Virus record (IMG/VR): IMGVR_UViG_3300030090_007212
Coordinates: 1-64,000 of that record
DNA: 64,000 bases
DNA from: a virus
Strand: one strand, 5' to 3'
Below the pieces are notes generated by a model. The model saw only the letters and a program-made list of their open reading frames with translations. It did no database searches and had not been told where the DNA came from. A program made the translations under genes and the position numbers. Below are positions 16,530 to 26,115 of the stretch, piece by piece; within the stretch, counting starts at the first letter, position 1, and every line of letters begins with the position of its first letter.

Positions 16530-19163
16530 TTAAAAACCTAATGCTTCCGCAATATATCTATCTAAAGATTCATTTAGAGGATGTGGGTCAAAAATAACTC
16601 GAGGAGTGTTATTTTCCCCACCACAATATTTAAGATTTACGGTATTGGGGGTAATTTTTTCATCTTCTTTTTTATCTAATATCCACTCACCATCTTCCTC
16701 TTTTAATTTATAAAGAGTTATGTTGGTGTTACGTTTAACCCTATATCTTATAGTTATTCTTCTATGATTCTTACAAGAATTTTGTCCTTTATTAGAAATA
16801 TAAAATTCAATATCGTCTATCGGAACATATATATTATTATCAAATAACACACCTGCTGTTCCACTAATCATTTTACGAATTAATTCCACCCCATATTCAT
16901 TCCCCTCTTCAGTATTATTAATCCACTCATATAATCCATCTATTATTTCATTATATTTTTTTCTATATGTAGAATTACTTCTAATCTCCGAAGTAGTTTT
17001 TTTCATTGGGGAGGCTAAAGGCTCGGAATAATAACTATCTAAAGTGTATGTTTGACTTTTCACTTCTACTTTAGATTTAGGGGGTAAAATTATATCTCCC
17101 TCTTTATCTTTAATCCCCTTATTCTTTACCTGTAGATCATGTTTGACGATATCTCTTTTTACTGTATTGCCTTTATCGTCAACATAATCCTTTACATATG
17201 TAGAAATATTATCTTTAATCTTTTTTAAAATTTCTTCAGAAGTAGTATTACTTTTAATAGATGTGGTTAAATATCCAGCATCTAGATTATGTATTCTTCC
17301 TTCTATATCTCTATTTTCTCCTCTATCAAATAACTTCCCTTTATCTTCTATAAAACTTTTTTCATATTCCCCCCACGCTAAAGTTTTTAACTCTAATATT
17401 TCCTCAATCGTTTTATTATCTATATTCCCTTCTTTAATGGACCCAATAACTTCTTTAATAGCCTGTTTTATTCTATTTTTTCTATTTTCCGATATTTCCC
17501 CACTAAATTCAGTATTTAAAATTTTATTAATCTTCGCAATGGCATTATTAATATCCTTTAAAGGTATCTCTCCCTCTAATTCTACTTCTTCCACTGCTTT
17601 ATATAATTTTTTAAATAATCCAACAATAGTACTATTTTGACGAGATGATTCGGTCTTATCTTTTACATAATTTTTCATATGTTTTTCTTGACTACTAATA
17701 TGCCCCCCTCTATACTTTTTATTGAATGTTTCTGCTTTTTTAATATCGTCTTCTTTAGATTTTTCAAATCTTTCTATGTTTTCTTCCTGCACACCTATCT
17801 CTATCCATCGCTCATTCCACATCCTCTGATATTTTTTTACTTCCAACTCTTTCCACTCACTGGTCGTAGTTATATCATTAATCCCAAACTTATCCACTAA
17901 ATCTCTATAAGTAGGGGATTTTGGGTTCTTAGTAAGACGTGTATTTTCTAATTTATCTATATTCTCTTTTGCTTGTTCTATTTTAGTATCCCATTTTGTA
18001 TTAATATTGTCATAGGTTATATTAGTTAAGGACCACTGGTTGGGTGTATAATATTGTTTAAGTTTTTCAAACTCACTTTCATAATCTTTACTCTTAAAGG
18101 AAGTATGTACGTATATATCTTTATCTTGTAGATGGTATAGAAAATTTCCTAAATTATGGGATAATAAAGTTTTTAACATAGATCCATCATTTTCTTTAGG
18201 GGTAATTAATTCTTTATATTCTGATGAACTAACAATATTTTTTCTATCACTATCAACAAACTTTTTGATTCTATTTTCATACCGCTCTATTCTTTTTTCC
18301 ATAGATAAAAGATGTGACCATGTTCTTTCGTCTACTTCACCTGTCCTTCTTAATTTATTCTCTTCTTGGTAATCCCCCACAATCTTCTCAGTAGCATCAC
18401 CATATATACTTTCATCTCTTTCTTTTTCTAAATTAATTAACTTTTCTATATTTTTTTCTTTTCTTCTTGAATTATCTATTTTTTGGTTTTGGTAATGTAT
18501 TAATATATTTTGTACGGTTCGAAGAAACATATCATCATCTTCGATTTCTATAACTTTACTTAATATAGGTAAAGGTGCTTGATTCTGTAATTTAATACTT
18601 TCTTTTTTTTGATTGGTGATTTGGCGTTTAATTTTACTTTCACTATCTCTTAATTTACTGTTGAAGTAAGCAAATCCTGATGTTTCTATTTTATCTTTAC
18701 TAGACTTTAATTGTGTTTGGGACTCTTTACTTAAGTTATCATAATAGGACACCATATTTTCGTATTTACTCAATGCCTCCCCCCATTTTTGGTTTTTCTG
18801 TAAGTGCTGTATGTCTTCTAAATCTTTTTCCCATATTTTTTTTTCACTATCTACTATCTTATTCTTAATAAAGTCTACATTTATATTATCATCTAAAAAG
18901 ATTTTCATCCCATCTTCTAAATCATTAAATAAGGTAAGGGCATTACTATAATAAGTTAGCGCGCCCTTAAAATCTGACTTCCGCAGTGCCTGATCCCCCA
19001 TAGATATTTTATTATTTACCATAATTGCGGGTTCCCCCATTATGGATTCATTAAGAAGATCTAATTGATCGAAGGTTATTCCTTCTTCTTCTTTATTAAG
19101 ATTAATTTGTCCAGAATTAAAAAATTCTTCCACAAGGAAATCTATTTGTTTCTTCGGTTTCAT
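16530..19163 (-). CDS. large multidomain protein (TPR-like helices, peptidoglycan-binding-like segment)
   Basis: 877 aa. YGDATEKIVGDYQEENKLRRTGEVDERTW aligns with the PG_binding_1 pattern. Confidence 0.65.
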   Translation of the reverse strand: MKPKKQIDFLVEEFFNSGQINLNKEEEGITFDQLDLLNESIMGEPAIMVNNKISMGDQALRKSDFKGALTYYSNALTLFNDLEDGMKIFLDDNINVDFIKNKIVDSEKKIWEKDLEDIQHLQKNQKWGEALSKYENMVSYYDNLSKESQTQLKSSKDKIETSGFAYFNSKLRDSESKIKRQITNQKKESIKLQNQAPLPILSKVIEIEDDDMFLRTVQNILIHYQNQKIDNSRRKEKNIEKLINLEKERDESIYGDATEKIVGDYQEENKLRRTGEVDERTWSHLLSMEKRIERYENRIKKFVDSDRKNIVSSSEYKELITPKENDGSMLKTLLSHNLGNFLYHLQDKDIYVHTSFKSKDYESEFEKLKQYYTPNQWSLTNITYDNINTKWDTKIEQAKENIDKLENTRLTKNPKSPTYRDLVDKFGINDITTTSEWKELEVKKYQRMWNERWIEIGVQEENIERFEKSKEDDIKKAETFNKKYRGGHISSQEKHMKNYVKDKTESSRQNSTIVGLFKKLYKAVEEVELEGEIPLKDINNAIAKINKILNTEFSGEISENRKNRIKQAIKEVIGSIKEGNIDNKTIEEILELKTLAWGEYEKSFIEDKGKLFDRGENRDIEGRIHNLDAGYLTTSIKSNTTSEEILKKIKDNISTYVKDYVDDKGNTVKRDIVKHDLQVKNKGIKDKEGDIILPPKSKVEVKSQTYTLDSYYSEPLASPMKKTTSEIRSNSTYRKKYNEIIDGLYEWINNTEEGNEYGVELIRKMISGTAGVLFDNNIYVPIDDIEFYISNKGQNSCKNHRRITIRYRVKRNTNITLYKLKEEDGEWILDKKEDEKITPNTVNLKYCGGENNTPRVIFDPHPLNESLDRYIAEALGF

Positions 19164-19178
19164 ATATCTATAAATATC

Positions 19179-20264
19179 TTAACCTAAATTTAGATCCCCA
19201 GTGTCGTAAAATTTATTCATAAGATAATCTAGATTTTCTTGTAGTATATCTTTACCAATAAATTCACCGTCTTTCATTTTGTCCCTATCGTATAACATTA
19301 TACCATTTTGATCAGGAGTTTGTCCAGCAAAAATATCGATATATCTATAATATTTCTGATCAACTGAACGTTTGGCGGCGGCTGCCTTACTTTTTACTTG
19401 AATTAAGTATATTTCTCCCTCTAATTCCATAATTAAATCAATACCATATTTCATATCGATAAAATCACCATTTCCACCTTGATATATTAACTTAAATCCT
19501 TGTTTTTCTAATAATTTTACTGTTAAATCTTCAATTGCATCACCAATTTTAGTATTTTTCTCTGTATTATAAGTAAAATCTCTATATTCTTTAGTATCAA
19601 AATATTTTTTAAACAATCTATATAAATAAGAAGGTGTAACATCTTGTCTGGTAGGATTTCCCCCTTGTCGTAACCCTAATAAGTAGTTTTTAACCTCTGT
19701 AATGTTTAATTTTGACAATTCCGATATCTTATCCCCTTTTATTAATAAAGTCGTTAATAACTCCGCTAAATCACTCCAACTAGTATTTAATTTATTCACA
19801 TAGATCCAATTTCCTAACTCATCTCTAACTAATTCACAACTAATTAATCTTTTAGAGGTGTAAATTCCATCTTTTACATTTATATCCTCAAATTTACCTG
19901 TACTATGTAGATATTTTAAAGGTTCTTGATAATCAGGATTTAAATCAGTACATGTTTTTTCTTCCTTTAATAAGGTATCTATAATAGGTTGCATATCTAA
20001 CCCATCTTTTTCTTTTAACCACATACCTAATTTATGTATTTTATCACACACTCCCCTAGCATCCCCACTAAATCGGTGACATGCATAATACGGAGTGGCA
20101 GCATCGGCTTCTTTATCTAACATAATCTTATCTGCCGCTTCTCTCTCTTTTTCTTCAAATTCTACACTTGGATGTGATAAATTTAATTCTTTTTCCTTTT
20201 CTTTTTCGGTTGGGGTGAGAATAAAATCTATGAATTCCCCCATTTCATTATCTTCTGTTTCCAT
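19179..20264 (-). CDS. protein with C-terminal PD-(D/E)XK restriction-endonuclease-like domain
   Basis: GDAIE...GIDLIM...YLIQVKS. Confidence 0.65.
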   Translation of the reverse strand: METEDNEMGEFIDFILTPTEKEKEKELNLSHPSVEFEEKEREAADKIMLDKEADAATPYYACHRFSGDARGVCDKIHKLGMWLKEKDGLDMQPIIDTLLKEEKTCTDLNPDYQEPLKYLHSTGKFEDINVKDGIYTSKRLISCELVRDELGNWIYVNKLNTSWSDLAELLTTLLIKGDKISELSKLNITEVKNYLLGLRQGGNPTRQDVTPSYLYRLFKKYFDTKEYRDFTYNTEKNTKIGDAIEDLTVKLLEKQGFKLIYQGGNGDFIDMKYGIDLIMELEGEIYLIQVKSKAAAAKRSVDQKYYRYIDIFAGQTPDQNGIMLYDRDKMKDGEFIGKDILQENLDYLMNKFYDTGDLNLG

Positions 20265-20309
20265 ATGAGTTTTTTTCTAATATTAATAAAAAAAAATGAG
20301 ATAGTAAAA

Positions 20310-20531
20310 TTATTTTTGATCGAATACAAAGGTAACCCCCGCCACTGTTAACTCAATTACTTCATTGTGATTGAAGGAATCTAGACTATTATTAGTCTTA
20401 TAAAATAATTCTTCATCTAATTTTTTATGAGTGTTTTCGTCAAGACTATATTTTAGAGTTAACCCTTCTACTGGTATGTTATCATTATAAACACACTCAT
20501 TTGCTATTTCTAAAACTTTATCTAATGTCAT
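20310..20531 (-). CDS. hypothetical protein
   Basis: 73-aa ORF abutting its neighbour. Confidence 0.55.
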   Translation of the reverse strand: MTLDKVLEIANECVYNDNIPVEGLTLKYSLDENTHKKLDEELFYKTNNSLDSFNHNEVIELTVAGVTFVFDQK

Positions 20532-20532
20532 T

Positions 20533-20724
20533 TTAAAATATTTTAGAGAAAATGGATAAAATTCTTTTACCCAAAGATTTTCTCATAGGTATAGTTTTAT
20601 TATCATTATTTTTAATGTGTTCACCTAACCCATTACGAATCTCTCTAATAAACTGCTCTTTTTTTAATTCAGTTTTTTCTTTTTCTAAAGCAATTAAATT
20701 TTCTTCTCTTTTAATCTTATCCAT
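20533..20724 (-). CDS. hypothetical protein
   Basis: 63-aa ORF in the operon-like run. Confidence 0.5.
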   Translation of the reverse strand: MDKIKREENLIALEKEKTELKKEQFIREIRNGLGEHIKNNDNKTIPMRKSLGKRILSIFSKIF

Positions 20725-20738
20725 ATCTTTAAGTATAA

Positions 20739-21116
20739 TTAAAAAATTCTTACTAGTGAAGAATATAAAGTTGGAAATAATGGGTTTGGTAAATTATTCA
20801 TGTCGAACCATCCCCAATCAGTATTTTCATGATCTAAATTACATTCATATTCTTTATCACAATAACCTAAATAAAAATCAAAATAAGGAATTAATTGGTT
20901 TTGATGTTCAAAAAACTCATATCTTATATTTTTACTATCTATTTGTGTTTCTTCCTTTAATTCTCTTTTTATACCTTCTAAAGGGGATTCCCCTTCTTCT
21001 ATACCACCTGAAACTATTGACCAAGTTTTAGGGTAACTGGCTTTATCATTTCTTTTTAACAATAAGAACCTATTGGTTGACTTACATATTAATAAAACTC
21101 CTCCGTACTTATTCAT
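20739..21116 (-). CDS. NUDIX hydrolase
   Basis: Nudix box GGIEEGESPLEGIKRELKEETQI. Confidence 0.9.
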   Translation of the reverse strand: MNKYGGVLLICKSTNRFLLLKRNDKASYPKTWSIVSGGIEEGESPLEGIKRELKEETQIDSKNIRYEFFEHQNQLIPYFDFYLGYCDKEYECNLDHENTDWGWFDMNNLPNPLFPTLYSSLVRIF

Positions 21117-21118
21117 TT

Positions 21119-22351
21119 TTATAACGGTTTTAAAAATTTATAATCTTTACCTTCGTAACCATGTGGGTCATTATACCTCCCATTTACCTTCATTCCGGTA
21201 TGTAAATGTGGTCCTGTACTACAACCTCTCCCTTTTTGCCCTCGAGCACCACCAGTTAAACCTAAAATACGACCCGGATATAGCTTTTCATCTTTTTTGA
21301 CAAAAATTTCACTCATATGACAAAATATCATTATTCGACCATCCCCTACCTTTATGGTAATGGTACCCCCACACGCATTTTTCTTTCCCCTACCACTACA
21401 TTTTGGGGTTCCTTCGAAATGGGCGGATCTAACAATACCACCCTTTAACCACACCAACTCTATAGGTTTGCCGGTAACATAATCATGTCCCGAATGACCT
21501 TTTCTCCCATAATGTGGACCATTCTTACCTTTCCCAAAATAATTACCAGTGGAACGAGGGGTATATAATCTATCATCATCTAATTTTACATATCCTTCCT
21601 CAGTATCAGGGGTTATTACCACCTTATCCTCATCTTCATCTGGGGTTATTACCACCTTATCATCATCTTCATCTGGGGTTATTACCACCTTATCATCAGG
21701 TGTAGTATCAAAAGTTATTGAGTTGTAGTCAGTATCACTAACATGCCCTCCCTCGGGATAATTTTCTTTACTAAATGCTTCTTGTGCCCACTGAGTAATT
21801 TTTTCCCATTCACCATCATCAACATTACTTTTATCAAAAATAATTTCCCCATCATTTATATCTATCACTTTTAATTCTTTATCAAACATTGCTTTAAACA
21901 TTGCTTGAGTAGATCCTACTTCACCCTCTAACTCACCTAAATCTACTCCCTTAATCCATTGTTCATCCAACAATTTAAATCTCTTATTCGTAACACTATT
22001 AAAAATATTTTTAATATCCTCCAACTTAATTTCCTCATTATAAGGTATTTGTATATCCAGAAATAAATTCTCTATAATGTCGTCTTTTAATTCTATTTCA
22101 AAATCATAATTTTTATCTTTTCCCTTAATCGTATTAATAGTTATATTATTAATAGGTAATTTTTTATAAAAATTATTTCTATAAATTTTTCTATTTAATT
22201 GTGTTTCACTTATAATTTCTTCAGTGGATAAAGGAATATTTAATAACATTTTATCCATTATAAATGTTGACCATTGGTCAACCATTTTATTTCTAGATTG
22301 TTGTTCCCTTATAATACTCTTATATTGACTTTCCTTTACTATTAGACGCAT
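21119..22351 (-). CDS. protein with C-terminal M23 metallopeptidase domain
   Basis: HSGHD (HxxxD) and STGPHLH (HxH). Confidence 0.85.
   Translation of the reverse strand: MRLIVKESQYKSIIREQQSRNKMVDQWSTFIMDKMLLNIPLSTEEIISETQLNRKIYRNNFYKKLPINNITINTIKGKDKNYDFEIELKDDIIENLFLDIQIPYNEEIKLEDIKNIFNSVTNKRFKLLDEQWIKGVDLGELEGEVGSTQAMFKAMFDKELKVIDINDGEIIFDKSNVDDGEWEKITQWAQEAFSKENYPEGGHVSDTDYNSITFDTTPDDKVVITPDEDDDKVVITPDEDEDKVVITPDTEEGYVKLDDDRLYTPRSTGNYFGKGKNGPHYGRKGHSGHDYVTGKPIELVWLKGGIVRSAHFEGTPKCSGRGKKNACGGTITIKVGDGRIMIFCHMSEIFVKKDEKLYPGRILGLTGGARGQKGRGCSTGPHLHTGMKVNGRYNDPHGYEGKDYKFLKPL
21605..21697. repeat. 33-bp tandem repeat, ~3 copies, encoding DKVVITPDED(D/E)
   Basis: ggggttattaccaccttatc recurs three times at a 33-bp period. 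Confidence 0.9.
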
Positions 22352-22406
22352 TTTATCTATATTTCTTTATAATAAATATCAATAAAAAATTAATAAAATA
22401 AATGAA

Positions 22407-22727
22407 ATGGAGATATTATTAATAATTTTAGTAACATATGGGATATCCAATATTATAGTTTATGGTTCCATCTTTGAGAAATTAAGAGACTACGCTATGG
22501 CATTCAGTCCTAATTTTTTTGGTAAACTTTTAACTTGTATGATGTGTACCCCATTTTGGGTGGGATTTTTCCTAACTTTAGGATCTTTTATAAGTGGGTA
22601 TGATCAGTTCTCCCCCTTTTATAATGTGGGGTTAGATAACGTCTATCTATGTTTATTTTTAGATGCTTGTTTGTTATCAGGAACCACTTTTATTATTCAT
22701 ACACTTCAAGAATATTTTGAGGTATAA
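22407..22727 (+). CDS. membrane protein, DUF1360-like
   Basis: Hydrophobic, LLTCMMCTPFWVG. Confidence 0.65.
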   Translation: MEILLIILVTYGISNIIVYGSIFEKLRDYAMAFSPNFFGKLLTCMMCTPFWVGFFLTLGSFISGYDQFSPFYNVGLDNVYLCLFLDACLLSGTTFIIHTLQEYFEV

Positions 22728-22738
22728 AAAAAGAGGAA

Positions 22739-23209
22739 TTAATTTTCCTCTTTTTCTAAAACTTTTTCTGTTTTTTCCTCTTTGGGTGGTAATTCCACAC
22801 CATTTTTAGAATGTCTACTAGTGGTATTTAAATTCAAATCCTCTAAGGTAGGTTCAGGTAAGGTTTCAAAAACAAACTTTAATTTTTCTAACTCACTTAA
22901 AGGTTTATTAGTAAATAAAGTTTTTAATTCTTCAATCTTTGCCCTTAATAAAACCAATTTATTTTCTTTTTCGACATTAACTTCGATAACATGTTCTGCA
23001 TGTTCAAATACGACATCAATAGTATCACTAGGGTTTTTTGGGTGTAACATGAAATAATTAGAATTTTCTCTACTAGGTTTATAGGTAACACTATTAGATT
23101 CAAATATATTCCACCCTTCTTTTAACACCATATCCACTACTGGTAGATCTTTTACAAATCTAATACCTGTGACATAAGGTCGTAAACTATTTAATTTATC
23201 TTGTAACAT
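22739..23209 (-). CDS. hypothetical protein
   Basis: 156-aa ORF. Confidence 0.6.
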   Translation of the reverse strand: MLQDKLNSLRPYVTGIRFVKDLPVVDMVLKEGWNIFESNSVTYKPSRENSNYFMLHPKNPSDTIDVVFEHAEHVIEVNVEKENKLVLLRAKIEELKTLFTNKPLSELEKLKFVFETLPEPTLEDLNLNTTSRHSKNGVELPPKEEKTEKVLEKEEN

Positions 23210-23214
23210 TTTTT

Positions 23215-23412
23215 TTAAATATTTATACCATCTATTAAAGACATAATAATATAGGCAATAGATAGACCTAGTAAAGTTAAAGAAGATCTATCTAATATAA
23301 ATCGCTCTTTATCCCTATAAAATCTTATCAAGAAAAACGTATGTCTTATCACATTTAAAATTGATAAAACGAACAATACTAATAAAATTTTATTTAGTCC
23401 ATCTATGACCAT
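23215..23412 (-). CDS. small two-TM membrane protein (holin candidate)
   Basis: 65 aa with two hydrophobic helices, near the amidase. Confidence 0.45.
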   Translation of the reverse strand: MVIDGLNKILLVLFVLSILNVIRHTFFLIRFYRDKERFILDRSSLTLLGLSIAYIIMSLIDGINI

Positions 23413-23425
23413 ATTATTTTATAAT

Positions 23426-23614
23426 TTATGCAGTTGCTGTTTCTGCTTTCTTACGATCAGAAACTTCTACACGAATCGCTTGACATACATTTTTAATCTC
23501 TTGACAACCTTTTCTTACACGTGTACCTGCCGCCTTATTTCCTTTTTCATTAAATTTTGTTACATCTTCTTCTAATCCTGCAACCAATGCTTTTAATTCT
23601 TCAAACTTTTCCAT
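23426..23614 (-). CDS. histone H1-like (Hc1 family) small protein
   Basis: KFNEKGNKAAGTRVRK motif. Confidence 0.8.
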   Translation of the reverse strand: MEKFEELKALVAGLEEDVTKFNEKGNKAAGTRVRKGCQEIKNVCQAIRVEVSDRKKAETATA

Positions 23615-23634
23615 TTTGTTTAATTTAATTTTTG

Positions 23635-23883
23635 TTATTTTAAATTTTCTTCCGACACTGCAGCATTAGGTGTTGTAGCCTGAGTTAGGTATTCACTTAA
23701 TGTTTTAATTTTATTGTTCACATTAACTATCTCACCTAATACCTCTTCAAAATCATTTTTTTGTTCGGTAACTCTTTTTTTAGAATCTTGATTTAAAATA
23801 ATATTCAAATCTAATTCTAAAGTGTCTCTTTTTGCAACTAAATCTGCTAAAAGTATTTCTAAAAATTTAATTTTATTATTCAT
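23635..23883 (-). CDS. hypothetical coiled-coil protein
   Basis: 82-aa ORF. Confidence 0.55.
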   Translation of the reverse strand: MNNKIKFLEILLADLVAKRDTLELDLNIILNQDSKKRVTEQKNDFEEVLGEIVNVNNKIKTLSEYLTQATTPNAAVSEENLK

Positions 23884-23930
23884 ATATCTTTAACTATAAA
23901 ACTTTTTTTGTATAAAATAAATACTATAAT

Positions 23931-24401
23931 CTACGTTTTTAACTTAAAATTCAAACTTTTTTCAAATAATCTATATAATTCCAATAAAACATCTAAATCA
24001 GAACGTGTCTTTATTCGTTTATAATCAAAGGATAACTCTGCCAGTTTATTTAACTTTTTTAAAACATTATGTTTTTCTGGTTGGTTATAAAAAATTTCTA
24101 TATAAAAATTATAAAAATATTCTTTAATCTCTTCATTATGTGCAAAAATAATATTCTCTTTACTAAAATTATCAAATACCTTCTCAATACACCAATTAAA
24201 ATGATTTTGTATATCTTTAGGTGAATTGATACAATCATCCCCTAAAAAAGTATCCACTACTACATAATTTAAGGTAATTATAAAATCATAATATAATTCA
24301 CATTTATCATAAACTATATTATTAGCTTTATACATTAATTGCATATCCTCTATTGTCATAGGGTTACTAATATATTTAATAAATTCTGCACTATTCATCA
24401 C
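23931..24401 (-). CDS. hypothetical protein
   Basis: 156-aa ORF. Confidence 0.6.
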   Translation of the reverse strand: MMNSAEFIKYISNPMTIEDMQLMYKANNIVYDKCELYYDFIITLNYVVVDTFLGDDCINSPKDIQNHFNWCIEKVFDNFSKENIIFAHNEEIKEYFYNFYIEIFYNQPEKHNVLKKLNKLAELSFDYKRIKTRSDLDVLLELYRLFEKSLNFKLKT

Positions 24402-24449
24402 ACCACTAATATAATATTATAACAAAAATATATAAAGTTTTAACATCTA

Positions 24450-25283
24450 TTATATTATATTTGATGAGTCTATTTCTTGTATCATTTGGAAATGTATCTT
24501 TGCGATTCGATCTCGCCCCTCTTCACTTAAAAGTAATTTAGATTCTTCTCTATTAGTCATGAAGAAATTTTCTGATAAGATTGCTGGCATCACTACTTTT
24601 CGTAATACCCAAAAATTAGATTCTTTATCCGCATCTCCATCTCTAGTATCCATTCTCATTTTATGGGTAGGAAATTCTGCTTTTGCCTTTTCATGTAGCA
24701 CTTGAGCTATTTTATCCGATTTAGTTTCTCCTACTGTGGTGTAAACTGACCAACCATGAGCAGATTCTTTATTAAAACCATTTGCATGAACGGAAACATA
24801 TATACATTTTTTACCATCACTTTGTTGTCTTTCTCTATATATGTCATTTGCTTTATCTGTTCTCCATCTTAATGATAAATCCTTTTCTGTGTCCACCAAA
24901 TTAATACACTCAATTCCCGCTTTTTCACATAACTTAATAATTCGTTTTACAACCGCCCTATTAAACTCTCCCTCAAATAACTGACTACCATCTTCCCATT
25001 TAGGTGATCGTTTACCAGATGTTTGATATACACCATCTATAATACCTCCATGTCCATTATCTAATATCCATACATAACCTCCTTTAGTTGGGGAAGTATT
25101 ACTATATTTTAATTTTTCCCATGTTTTTGCACCCACTATACCATCTACCTTCAATCCTTTTTGACCTTGAAACTTCATAACAGCCAATTCGGTAGCCGGA
25201 CCGAAATCTCCATCTACCGTTATTTTCAGTAATTTTTGTAATTCCTTAACTTCTGCCCCCTTACTTCCTTTTTTTAAAACCAT
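24450..25283 (-). CDS. endolysin: PG-binding domain + N-acetylmuramoyl-L-alanine amidase (Amidase_3)
   Basis: LKKGSKG..VKELQ..DGDFGPAT..DGIVG; Zn/catalytic residues in DNGHGG, E, SVHAN, SENFF. Start moved to MVLKKG. Confidence 0.9.
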   Translation of the reverse strand: MVLKKGSKGAEVKELQKLLKITVDGDFGPATELAVMKFQGQKGLKVDGIVGAKTWEKLKYSNTSPTKGGYVWILDNGHGGIIDGVYQTSGKRSPKWEDGSQLFEGEFNRAVVKRIIKLCEKAGIECINLVDTEKDLSLRWRTDKANDIYRERQQSDGKKCIYVSVHANGFNKESAHGWSVYTTVGETKSDKIAQVLHEKAKAEFPTHKMRMDTRDGDADKESNFWVLRKVVMPAILSENFFMTNREESKLLLSEEGRDRIAKIHFQMIQEIDSSNII

Positions 25284-25323
25284 CCTTTTTGTTTTTAATT
25301 TATTATTATTTAGGTATACTACC

Positions 25324-26043
25324 TTATCTTTCAGTTTCTTTATAATACGACTTAATTTCTTCATCCCATTGCTGTATAAATTCAAACATTATTTCTAATA
25401 TTTTATCAAAATATAACTCTAAACTCTTATCACTTAAATCTTTAGGGGGGTCAACAGGCATTTTTTCTTGATCCAGTAAATCATAATGATTACTTATCAT
25501 ATTATCATACATATATGTTCCTATCCCATCTTCATCCATACTCAATAAATCTATTACTATTTCTGTATTGGGTTGTTTAGATAATCTTAAATCAGAATAT
25601 ATGGTAGGGGGGTAATCTATATTTCTAACTTCCATTGTTATCATCTCTTCCGCCAGCATAGTCTCCATAGTTTCCATCGCCTCTACCCTCCAGCCAGGAT
25701 AAACCATCTTCCCTACAATATTCTCCATAAAATAATTCATTATAATTACATCTGACACACTATCATAATCGTCAATAGTATATTTCCCTAAATTATCTAA
25801 CGAATTAAATAAAATATCTCCATAGTTTTTATAGATGTTCCACATTTTAAAAATATAATCACCATCCTTTAAACCAAATGTAACCATCAAATCCCATATC
25901 TTTGCTTTATTAAGATCGTCCCAGTATTGATCATATTTTTTTTCTTTATGTAAAAACTTTAATACTGCCTTATCCATCTTAGTTAGGGTGTCGATATCAT
26001 CTATCACCCCTTCTACTAATATATTATTTAAAGTTATCTTCAT
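25324..26043 (-). CDS. hypothetical protein
   Basis: 239 aa, TATTTAT upstream. Confidence 0.65.
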   Translation of the reverse strand: MKITLNNILVEGVIDDIDTLTKMDKAVLKFLHKEKKYDQYWDDLNKAKIWDLMVTFGLKDGDYIFKMWNIYKNYGDILFNSLDNLGKYTIDDYDSVSDVIIMNYFMENIVGKMVYPGWRVEAMETMETMLAEEMITMEVRNIDYPPTIYSDLRLSKQPNTEIVIDLLSMDEDGIGTYMYDNMISNHYDLLDQEKMPVDPPKDLSDKSLELYFDKILEIMFEFIQQWDEEIKSYYKETER

Positions 26044-26066
26044 ATTAATAAATATGGTTTAGGCAC

Positions 26067-26092
26067 AAAAAAACCCATCGATAGATGGGTTT
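26067..26092 (-). terminator. intrinsic terminator
   Basis: AAACCCATC-4 nt-GATGGGTTT followed by a U tract on the minus strand. Confidence 0.8.
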
Positions 26093-26115
26093 AATGTGGT
26101 AGTAGTAATAAAATA

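Noticed and set aside
21605-21697. Possible CRISPR array
   Set aside because: The units are in-frame 33-bp coding repeats with no unique spacers and no cas genes. No CRISPR array was seen anywhere in the window.
25284-25385. Longer N-terminus of the amidase ORF
   Set aside because: It overlaps the upstream gene; the PG-binding domain starts at MVLKKG (25283)
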